From contig NC_010503.1 in assembly GCF_000019345.1 (NCBI RefSeq), positions 210,001 to 242,000 on the forward strand: a DNA stretch of 32,000 nt, given 5' to 3'. Below the pieces are notes generated by a model. The model worked only from the letters and a program-made list of their open reading frames with translations, was not told the origin of the DNA and ran no database searches. A program made the position numbers and the translations under genes. The stretch is from Ureaplasma parvum serovar 3 str. ATCC 27815 (GTDB taxonomy: Bacteria; Bacillota_I; Bacilli_A; Mycoplasmatales; Mycoplasmoidaceae). Shown in pieces: positions 1 through 9,295 of the stretch; the stretch's first letter is position 1; each line of letters begins with the position of its first letter.

Positions 1-163
1 CGTTTTGAATTTTATTAATTGTTATTTTATTTGCAATCACTTCATCCTTTTTAGTTGATTCTGGTGTTGATGGGTTTTCTGGTACTGGTGTAGAGTTTTG
101 ATTAGGAACTTGTTCAAAAGTTACTGTTTGATAATTTAAATTATAATTTATATTAACTTTAAT
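1..163 (-). pseudogene. 5'-truncated lipoprotein tail cassette, continuing beyond the left window edge; silent in this orientation
   Basis: Minus strand is open from 163 down to 1: IKVNINYNLNYQTVTFEQVPNQNSTPVPENPSTPESTKKDEVIANKITINKIQN. An in-frame TAA lies at 166..164. There is no plausible start codon, RBS or signal peptide. LNYQTVTFEQVP is identical to the 417..1916 lipoprotein. Confidence 0.75.
104..144 (-). repeat. Left arm of a 41-bp perfect inverted repeat
   Basis: The reverse complement of 104..144 is ataatttaaattatcaaacagtaacttttgaacaagttcct, identical to 823..863. Confidence 0.95.
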
Positions 164-164
164 T

Positions 165-184
165 TATATATATATATATATATA
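165..184. repeat. (TA)10 dinucleotide tract
   Basis: Uninterrupted tatatatatatatatatata from 165 to 184, inside the predicted invertible segment. Confidence 0.95.
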
Positions 185-262
185 GAAGTAGTTAACTCCA
201 AAAATGATAAATTTATATAATATTGTTTTGACAATAATTAAATAAAATTGTAAAATAAATTA

Positions 263-290
263 GTAAATGTGCTAATGCATTTACAGTTTT
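263..290 (+). terminator. Candidate hairpin plus T-run upstream of the lipoprotein gene
   Basis: gtaaatg-tgctaatg-catttac followed by agttttta. It resembles the hairpin at 23928..23956 upstream of the paralog. Confidence 0.4.
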
Positions 291-416
291 TATGTGTCTT
301 AAAATAAATTATATAAATAAAATTGTTTTATGTACAATATACAATGTTCTTTTTAAATTTTTACAATTAGAATAATTTAAATAACAAAAATTAATCTATT
401 AGGAGATTATATATAA

Positions 417-1916
417 ATGAAATTATTAAAAAACAAAAAATTTTGAGCAATGTCATTAAGTGCGATTGCAATTAGTACAAGTATAGTTGCGTTCGCAGCT
501 TCTTGTTCAAATACAAATATTAAATCTAAGTTAAGCAAGCAATTAGCACAAACAAAAGATCAAAAAAACCATTTTGCTGTTTATGAAATTGAAAATTATA
601 CTAAACTAACAGATGAAGAAAAGAAGTCATTAGAAAATCTTGAGTTTGGTGTTTCTATTTTGGATAAAGATGGTAAAAATCCAATAAATATTAAAGTTAA
701 AGGAGTTCAAAAAGAAGGTAAGATTTACGTTAAATTGCCACGCAAACCAGAAGTAAATGAAAAATTACTTGTTGTACCAACTAAAAATATTTTAAAAACA
801 GAAGCATTAGTTTTAAATAATGATAATTTAAATTATCAAACAGTAACTTTTGAACAAGTTCCTGATCAAAAATTAGAACCAAAAGAAGAAAAACAAACTA
901 AAGCTGTTGATTATGAAAAAGCAATTAAAGATGAAGATTATGTAAAACAAATTACATTATCTAATTTAGAAAAATATATTAGTAATGAGTATCAATATTT
1001 AAATCCAAATAATAAAACACTAGATTATAAAAATCATAGTTTTGTTCAAAAGTTTTTAGACGAAATTGATCTTTTAGCACAAAAATTAGAAAGCAACGAC
1101 CTTAATTTAGAAGATAAACAAATTTATGAAAAAATTATTTTAGGATTACGTTGATTGCTAGCAGAAGATAATAATGAAACTAAAAATAAAGCTTTAGAAT
1201 TATTTAAAGATTACTTTACAACAATCATGAAAGCAACAAAAGTAAATGATAAAGTTCATTATGATCCAAGTTTTATTAATGAATTTTATGGTTCAATAAG
1301 CAATTTGTTTGAAGAGCATGATTTAGAGCCATCAGTGGAAATTGAATCTAATAAAATCCGTATTGTTAAAGAAGATAAAGATGTAATAAAAGACAAAACA
1401 GTTACTGCAACATTTAATTTATACAATGGCTTTGACTGATCAACATTATTAAAAGATGTTGTATTTAAAGAATATAAGAAAGATAGTAATGGTAAACCAG
1501 TAATAGATGAAAAAACAAAAATGCCAATTGAAACTGATAAAATAGTTGAAGATCCTGTAGTAATGCGTTTAGAAATTGCTGAATATCCAAAAGATTGAAA
1601 CACTAGCAAAGAAAATCCTAAAAACTTTTCATATATTAACTTTAAAAAATCAGAAGTTTTAAAATCACCAAAATTAGTGTTTACTAAGGTATTTAATTTA
1701 GATAAAGAACAAAAATATCATATTAACAATGTAATGTTCAGCCATAAATTAATTCCCAATTTATTGAAAGCATTGGATATAAAAAACAATACAACTAATG
1801 CCGAATTAATTAAAAAAATTAAAGAAAATATGACTGCTATTGATGAAAAAACACAAACAAATTTAAATACAAATTACATTCCTTTGTCACTTACAGAAAC
1901 AAATAATAAAAAATAA
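417..1916 (+). CDS. Mollicute lipoprotein with N-terminal head module, Pro/Lys-rich junction and C-terminal tail; in the expressed orientation
   Basis: ATG at 417 after an aggag RBS (401..405); MKLLKNKKFWAMSLSAIAISTSIVAFAASC gives a signal peptide with lipobox. The frame is continuous through UGA codons (for example 447, 1152, 1437) to TAA at 1914..1916, 500 codons. It joins the track ORFs 450, 1155 and 1677. Confidence 0.93.
821..838. repeat. 18-bp perfect palindrome with a dif-like ATAA-TTTAAA-TTAT core
   Basis: tgataatttaaattatca equals its own reverse complement. Site 131..144 retains the central 14 bp. Confidence 0.8.
823..863 (+). repeat. Right arm of the 41-bp perfect inverted repeat, within the lipoprotein coding region
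   Basis: ataatttaaattatcaaacagtaacttttgaacaagttcct; exact reverse complement of 104..144. Confidence 0.95.
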
Positions 1917-1974
1917 TTAATATAAAAAACTCTAGTTAGTATCTTTAAAATAACACTAGAGTTTTTTATATTAA
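1917..1974. terminator. Bidirectional terminator between convergent genes
   Basis: 20-bp perfect stem: ttaatataaaaaactctagt (1917..1936) and actagagttttttatattaa (1955..1974), with A-run and T-run on the two sides. Confidence 0.9.
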
Positions 1975-4043
1975 CTTAAAATTAAATTTTTCATTTTAGC
2001 TTCATCAATAAGTTTTTTAATAAAATATTCAACAGCAATCATAGCACGGACATCATTTTCGCAATAAATACGAGCGTCATGTACAAATTGTTCTCATTCT
2101 AGATCAGTAATTGTATTGAAAAAACGTTTTGTTGTTTTTGTTTGACAAACCAAACCATTACCCACACTTAGTTCTTTGTAGTTTAAACAATTAACATCGT
2201 GATAAATTTGTGGAAATTCTTTTTCAATAATTGGTAAGACTTTTTTAATTGAATAAAAACCTTTTAATTCAGGAATTACAATTAATTGCTTTCCCATTGA
2301 AACTATAAAAAAATCAGCTAAATCATACATGTTTTTAATTATTTCGCTAACCTTTAATTCATATATTTCTTCATTAATGAATTCAGCCATTTCTTTAAGA
2401 CGCGAAGCTTCAAAAGATTTGTTGTATACAATATATGAATATTCTAATCCCTGGTGAATTTTATCAATAATTGCTTTAAACCATTCATTATTAATTTCAC
2501 GTGGATCAATAATCATATTAGTGCATTTTAAATTTTTAATATCACAACTTCCATCATCAATAATAATAGAATTTTGTGTAACAGTTTGGGTAAAAGGAAA
2601 CGAATTATCAACAGCGCGAATTGCTGAATTAATTGATTCAAAATCAAAATAAACCTTTTTTGATTTCAATTTAGCAAATAAATCAACAGCAGCTTGATAG
2701 ATCTTTATTTGATTATTTTTATATAAATTAAAAAAGGTTTGATTAGCATATGTTTTTAAAATATCAATCCCTAATATATCTTTAGTAACATTATCTAAAC
2801 CAAATTTTTTAATTGTTAAAATTTTTCCACTATATTTAATAACATCATATCCGCTATATGCGTATAAATTTCTTAATTCTAATCAAAAATCATTATCCTT
2901 ATAGTCACCCTTATCATTATATGATGGTATAAAATAGTTAGGAATTCTTTGTTCGATAGGCAAAGCTAATAAATTTTGTTTATGAACTAATAATTCGCTG
3001 ATTACTTCATCAAAATCATTGTGTAATTTTTCAATGCCTTTAATTAATTCATCCATGGTTTTATTAAAACGTACATCATCTTTTAAATCTTCTGTTTTGT
3101 AATCATAAATTTTTTTGGCTTCCTTATAATCATTTATGCTACTATAGGTTCCATCGATTAAATCATCTATTAAAATACCTTTACAATGATCATAAGCATC
3201 AATATCTTCATAATATTTTTTATTTTCGTCTTTTTTTAAATAAATTGCTTCTCCACGCTTACGTTTACGTTTTAATTCATTAATTTCAAATTTATTAAAT
3301 TGATTTGCAGCACTTGGTGGTAAAGATAAAACTACGCTTTTTTGATAATTATAATAAGGAGAAATTGTAAAATTTACTTGATTTTTTTTTAATTTAACAT
3401 AATCAACAATGCACATTTGATAACTTATACATTTATTTATAAAATAAGGGTGTTTTGAGATAACTTGTGCTTGGTAAAATACATCTAAAATATGGTGTTT
3501 TTTAATTGAACTTGTCCCTTTTGTTTCGATAACAATAAATTCATCGTTCTTTTTGATAAAACAATCGGGTTTAGTAATTAATTTATCATTAATAAAAACA
3601 GGTTGAAAAAAAATGATTTTATCATTTTTATCAATTAATTCTAAAGTTAAATTAGCAAGCTCTTCTAATGATTTGTTTTTAAATAAAGGATCAGTTTCGA
3701 AATTAATAATTTTCTTAATGTAATGATAAGTTTTTTTAATATCTTCTTGTGATGCTTTATCTAATAAAATACCTTCAGCAATTTTAGGATTGTCCACATC
3801 TATATTTTTATTAATTTCTAATTGTGAAAGAAAATCAGTTTGTTCCTTATAAATTTCATATGCATCAATTTCATAATCATGTTCTTCTTCATCATCTAAA
3901 TCCTCAAAATCATAAGAACTAACATTTTTTAACAATAAGTCGATTTTAGCTTTAATCTCAGCATTAGTGAAAAACCACATTGCTTTTTGCTTTGTATAAT
4001 AACCAATGTAATCATATTTAGTAATGTATTTCCCTGTGCGCAT
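1971..4043 (-). CDS. DUF2779-family protein; predicted PD-(D/E)XK nuclease domain plus a DEDD-like C-terminal region
   Basis: Track ORFs 2883..4055 and 2094..2669 share one frame, joined through UGA. ATG at 4043..4041 follows a gtgagg RBS-like sequence; stop at 1971..1973; 691 codons. Motifs: KPDCFIKKNDEFIVIETKG and VYFDFESIN. Confidence 0.82.
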
Positions 4044-4118
4044 TGATAACCTCACTTTATAACATTAATTATATATAAAAAAATAATGTTCAATAAACGA
4101 ACATTATTTAAAAAAACT

Positions 4119-4994
4119 TTATTTATTTTCATTTAAAACATATTCTAATTCTCAAACAACACCATTTTCTACGTTTGTGTGTTTAGTAATGTGACGTGCT
4201 AGTAATTTAGCGGGACGTGTACCATTTTTCATGGCAAAGCCATATCCAGCATGGTTTAGCATTGTCAAATCATTTTCACCATCGCCGAAAGCTATACAAC
4301 GATCTAATGGAATTCCATAATATGAGGATAAATAGCGCATAGCCATTGCTTTATCAGCAAATGATGAATTAATTTCAATAACTTCAAATTGGTCATCAAC
4401 CCTCGCTGATCAGCTACGAACCGCTAAAGTGGGAGCAATTTGTTTAATATGATAAACCATAGAATCAAATAAAGCTTTATCGTTGACATTTAATAAAAGG
4501 GCATTAGCATCTCTAATAAGGTTGTTAATATCATTTTCCTTAGTCAATTTATTTTTTTCATTCATATCACGAATGGGCACGTGAAATATATCAATAAATG
4601 ATTTTCAAATATTTAAATCCATATTACTGTTTAAAATGGTAGCAACATTATCAGCTTCAACAACAGCATTAACAATATTTTTAGCAATAAATCGATTTTT
4701 TAAAATTGCGCTTACAATATCTTTACTAAATGTCATATTAATTGGCGCGAATTTTTTATCGGAAGGGTTTGAAATATAAGAGCCATTATAATTAGCCATT
4801 AAAGTTGTTAATCCTAATTTTTCATAAATATGGATTGATCCACGTAAGGGACGACCTGTTACAATACAGAAAATATGGCCTTGATTGATGATTTTTTTAA
4901 TTCCCTCAATTGTTTTTTCTGATATATCACTATCATTATTTAAAAGTGTTCCATCTAGATCACAAGCAATTAAATATTTGTTGTTTTTTCCCAT
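4119..4994 (-). CDS. Cof-type HAD-IIB family hydrolase
   Basis: MGKNNKYLIACDLDGTLLNNDS (motif I) and CIAFGDGENDLTML (motif IV); track ORFs joined through UGA codons; 292 codons. Confidence 0.9.
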
Positions 4995-5019
4995 TAATTT
5001 TTTACCTCATTATATACTA

Positions 5020-6021
5020 TTATTTTAGTTGCATATGTTTTAAAACTAGTTGTACATTTTGATAAGCAATATCGTTAGCACGCTCGCAACTATTGTCTAT
5101 CATTATATCTAATTCTGGACTATTTAATCAATAAGAAATTTTTTGTTGCAGCTTTTCTAAAAAATCAGCAACGATATTGGCTAAATCATTTTTAAAAACA
5201 CCATAGTTTTGTTGTTGGTATTTTAGTTCGATTTCTTTAAAGCTTAGATTTGTTAAACAAGCATAAATTGTCATTAAATTACTTACTCCTGGTTGTAATG
5301 TTAAATCATATTTAACTTTGTTTAAATTATCTGTTAAAGCTCCTTTAATTTTTTTAAAAATTATATCCTTTGAATCATTTAAAAAAATCACACCCTTAAG
5401 GTTTTTAGAAGATTTTGACATTTTAATATTAGGATCTAATAAATCCATAATTTTTGCCCCTATTTTAGGAATATAAACTTGAGGCAATTTAAAAGTATTA
5501 CCATATCTTTTATTAAAACGGTCAGCAAGCGTTCTTGTTAATTCCAAATGTTGTTTTTGATCTTGGCCAACAGGAACAACATCTGCATTAAAAGTTAAAA
5601 TATCTGCTGCCATTAATGTGGGATATGTTAATAAACCAGAAGGAATCATTTCAGTGTTATTAGCCATCTTTGTTGCTTTAATACTTTTATCTTTAAATTG
5701 TGTCATACGCGTTAGTTCACCAATACTTGTTGAACATAATAATATGTGAGCTAATAATGGAATCGATAAGATATCTGATTGGTAAAATAGACATGTTTTT
5801 TTAGGATCAATACCAGCAGCTAAATATGTCGCGATAATCTGACGTTTAGTAGTAGAAAAATCAGTGTTATCAAAAATATTTGGTGTTAAGGAATGTAAAT
5901 CCGCAACAAATAAAAACACTTCATAATCATCTTGTAAATCAACAAAGTTTTTAATTGCACCTAAATAATTTCCTAATGTTAAATTATTAGTTGGTTGAAT
6001 TCCTGAAATTAGTCTTTTCAT
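5020..6021 (-). CDS. trpS: Tryptophanyl-tRNA synthetase
   Basis: MKRLISGIQPTNNLTLGNYLGAIKNFV, CLLFYQSD-like region and KMSKS; the frame continues through UGA at 5128..5130 to a stop at 5020..5022; 334 codons. Confidence 0.95.
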
Positions 6022-6145
6022 AATGTTTTATTTTACCTTACTTAAACGTTAATACAATTAAACATTTAAAATTAATGTTTTTTTTGTATACTTAATTATT
6101 ATATAAGTAAAATTGTAATTATAAGAAGATAAAAATAAAAGGAAT

Positions 6146-6532
6146 ATGATTTACGTTTTATACAGTCCTAATTGCGCAGTGTGTAAAAAAGTTGTGCGAT
6201 TTTTCCGAAATAATCAAATTGAAATTACCAAAATTATTATTGGTGAAGATAAAATAGAACGTTCTATGTTGTTAGATATTTTATCTCTTTGTGAAGATGG
6301 CTTTGGAACAATTATATCTTTTAAGACAGAATCTTCAAAACGCTTGAATATTACTTCAAAAACTTTTTTAGATTTATCTACAAAAGAATTATTAAATTTA
6401 ATTCAAAATGATTTAAATTTAATTCGTCGCCCTTTAATCTATCAAACAAAAAACAATCGACCATATCGTTTACAAATTGGTTATGATTCAGAAGAAATTG
6501 AAATTTTTAAACGAGCAGTGCATGAAAAATAA
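6146..6532 (+). CDS. Spx/ArsC-family regulator-like protein
   Basis: MIYVLYSPNCAVCKKVVRFFRNNQIE (CxxC at the N-terminus) and an RRPLI motif; 128 aa. Confidence 0.85.
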   Translation: MIYVLYSPNCAVCKKVVRFFRNNQIEITKIIIGEDKIERSMLLDILSLCEDGFGTIISFKTESSKRLNITSKTFLDLSTKELLNLIQNDLNLIRRPLIYQTKNNRPYRLQIGYDSEEIEIFKRAVHEK

Positions 6533-7334
6533 TAAGCCAATTTGTTTTTATGATATCTATTGTTTTAAACCACAAGAATGTTTTAAAAGAAATGATATTA
6601 ATTTGTTAGAAGATAAACTAAAAAGATATTCAAAAATAACATTTTTACGAAATAAAGAAAATCCTGAAATTATTTTTTTATTAGGTGGAGATGGATCGTT
6701 TATCAATTTTATTAACCAACAATGAAAAAAAAATGTAAAAATTGTTGGCATTAATTATGGACAATTAGGTTTTTATAGTTCATATGATAGTATTAAAACT
6801 ATAAATTTAGACGAAATTATTGATGAAAATATGTATTATAATCCTTTATTACTTAAAGTAAGTATTAATAACCAAAATTTTTTTTATTGTTTGAATGAGT
6901 TAAGTTTATTTTCTAATGAGTTAGTGTCTTTTGATATTAGCATAAATGATTATCCATATGAAAAATTTCGTGGCTCTGGTTTGTTATTTGTAACACCAAG
7001 CGGATCAACTGGCAAAAACAAAACAGCTTTTGGTCCCATTATTTTTAATAATCATGAGAATTTTATTATGACAGAGATTTTTCCTGTTAATCATTTAAAA
7101 TATTCAAGTTTAAATGCCCCTGTGGTTTTTAGAAAAGATTATAAAATCAGTTTAACAAATATTAAATTTAAAAAATCTTTTAGTGTTGCTATTGATGGGA
7201 ATATCATTAATTTTAGCGATAAAATTAATGATATTAAAGTAGAAACAATCCAAGCTTCATCAAAAATTCATGGTTTAAATAATTTTAAGAAATACATTGA
7301 TAAATTAAACAAATCTTTTATTAAAGGAGAATAA
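6522..7334 (+). CDS. NAD kinase
   Basis: IIFLLGGDGSFINFI and LLFVTPSGSTGKNKTAFGP motifs. ATG at 6522 overlaps the previous CDS by 11 nt. Joined through UGA at 6723..6725; 271 codons. Confidence 0.88.
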
Positions 7335-7336
7335 AA

Positions 7337-7717
7337 ATGCAAAATTTAAATAATAAGCAAAAAACATTAATTATTTTTTTAGGTATTATTACCTTTGGAA
7401 TTTTTATTATTTACTTTTTTACAAAAGCTAAAAAAGTATCTCAAATTAGAAACACTCATTTAATAGTATCTTCAAATATTCCTTTTAGTTTAAATGATTT
7501 TTATAATTGTATTGGTTCAAAAAATAATTTAGTTAACGTTGATGCGACAATTAATACATTAAAAATTGAATTAAAAGAAATTAACGCATTGAATAATGAA
7601 AAATTAAAGGTTTTAGGTGCAAAAGGGATTATGTGCAATCAAACAAAAATTTCTATTATTTTTGGTGATTTTTGTTTGGAACTTAAAGAATTAATTAAAA
7701 AAGATTTATTTTCATAG
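7337..7717 (+). CDS. Single-TM protein with a degenerate, cysteine-less PTS EIIB-like domain
   Basis: One N-terminal TM segment, then FYNCIGSKNNLVNVDATINTLKIELKEINALNNEKLKVLGAKGIMCNQTKISIIFG, which matches the EIIB fold pattern (GGKeNI..vd.C.TRLR....d......lGakGv......iifG). Confidence 0.6.
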   Translation: MQNLNNKQKTLIIFLGIITFGIFIIYFFTKAKKVSQIRNTHLIVSSNIPFSLNDFYNCIGSKNNLVNVDATINTLKIELKEINALNNEKLKVLGAKGIMCNQTKISIIFGDFCLELKELIKKDLFS

Positions 7718-7797
7718 TATACTATATACTTAATTTGTTAATGTACATATACAAATATTATATTCATAAATTAGTTATTAAAGGACATTAAAAAAAT

Positions 7798-8019
7798 ATG
7801 TTAATTAAACCCGCGAAACGCAGTGAAAAAATTTATACAATTATTGCTATAAAAGATAGTGTTGTAACTTTAAAAAATGATTATCAAGACGAAAAAAATA
7901 TTCAAATTTACGAGTTTGATTTGCAGAATATTATTCCAGAAGTTGGTAAATTTATTAATCTAATTAAATACGATCAACAAGGTTGTTCAGTATTTGAAGA
8001 ATATGATAAAAACATTTAA
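7798..8019 (+). CDS. Conserved-looking small hypothetical protein
   Basis: 73-aa ORF with a ggac RBS-like sequence about 10 nt upstream, convergent with and nearly touching rlmH. Confidence 0.55.
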   Translation: MLIKPAKRSEKIYTIIAIKDSVVTLKNDYQDEKNIQIYEFDLQNIIPEVGKFINLIKYDQQGCSVFEEYDKNI

Positions 8020-8020
8020 T

Positions 8021-8500
8021 TTATTTATGATATTTTCCGTTATTTAAAATACTAAGTGCCCTATATATTTGTTCACATAACATGACTTTTGCTAAGCCAT
8101 GAGCAAAAGTCATTTTTGACATAGATAAATGATAATTAGCACGCTCATAGATGCTTTCATGTAAACCATTAGATCCACCAATAATGAAACAAATATCATG
8201 AGAAAATGTGTTTAGTCATTGTTGTATTTTTTTAGCTAATGTTTCGCTACTTATAATGTTGCTTTCAATAATTAAAGCAATTACAAAATCATTTTGATTA
8301 ATATTTTTAAAAATTTTAGAGGCCTCTTTACTTTTAATTTGTTCTAAGGATTTATTTGAAATTTGAACTGGTTCAGGTTCATCGCTAACAACAATTTCTT
8401 GGCATTTTAAATAATGGTTAATTCTTTTTAAATAATCATTAATTAGATCAACAAAAGCTTTTTGTTTTAATTTCCCTACACTTATAATTTTTATCATCAT
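8021..8500 (-). CDS. rlmH: 23S rRNA (pseudouridine1915-N3)-methyltransferase RlmH
   Basis: MMIKIISVGKLKQKAFVDLINDYLKRI, FIIGGSNG and CEQIYRALSILNNGKYHK; 160 codons through UGA at 8216. Confidence 0.93.
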
Positions 8501-8562
8501 CTTAGTTAAATAACCTTTTTTTTGATTATAATCTAACTAAGATTATAAAGGATAATGATTCA

Positions 8563-9279
8563 ATGAAATATATTATTGCTAATTTTAAAATGAATGCAAC
8601 ACAAGAATTAATTAATCATTTTTTAAATAATTTAACGTTATTTGATGAGCAAAAAATTATTATTGGTTTAGCACCAGGGGATTTATATTTAAAAACATTT
8701 GTTAATTTAGCTGAAATAAAAAAAGTCAATTTATATGCTCAAAACCCATCATTACATAATAAAGGACCTTATACAGGTCAAATAAGTTGTTTACAATTAT
8801 TAGATATTAATATTAAAAATGCTTTAGTTGGGCATAGTGAAATACGTATTGATTTTTCACAATCAATAATTGATCAAAAAATAAAAATATCTATGGATTT
8901 ATTAGAACAAGTCATCATTTGTGTTGGCGAAACTTTTGATGCTTATAAACAAAATAAATCACTTAATTTTGTTTTAAATCAATTAGCCAACATCATTAAT
9001 TACAAAGGATTAAAAAAAATTATTATCGCTTATGAACCAATTTGAGCAATTGGCACTGATTTAGAATTAGATTTTAAACATATTAATTACATGATCGAAG
9101 GAATTAAAACATATTTATATAATTGTACTGGAATAAATATTCCTATTTTATATGGCGGTAGTGTTAATGACAATAATATTAATGAATTGTGCAATCAAAA
9201 ATTAATCGATGGTTTTTTAATTGGCAATGCTTCATTAGATGTTAATGTTTTTAATAAAATTATCGATAAATGTAAATAA
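8563..9279 (+). CDS. tpiA: Triosephosphate isomerase
   Basis: [27 protein letters not shown] (W = UGA) and YGGSV. Confidence 0.96.
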
Positions 9280-9295
9280 TAAAATGGATTAGAAT

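Noticed and set aside
1286-1609. Minus-strand ORF of 107 aa
   Set aside because: Antisense shadow of the lipoprotein coding frame; no RBS and no recognisable family.
6557-6751. Minus-strand ORF of 64 aa
   Set aside because: Antisense to the NAD kinase GGDG region; explained by the plus-strand CDS.
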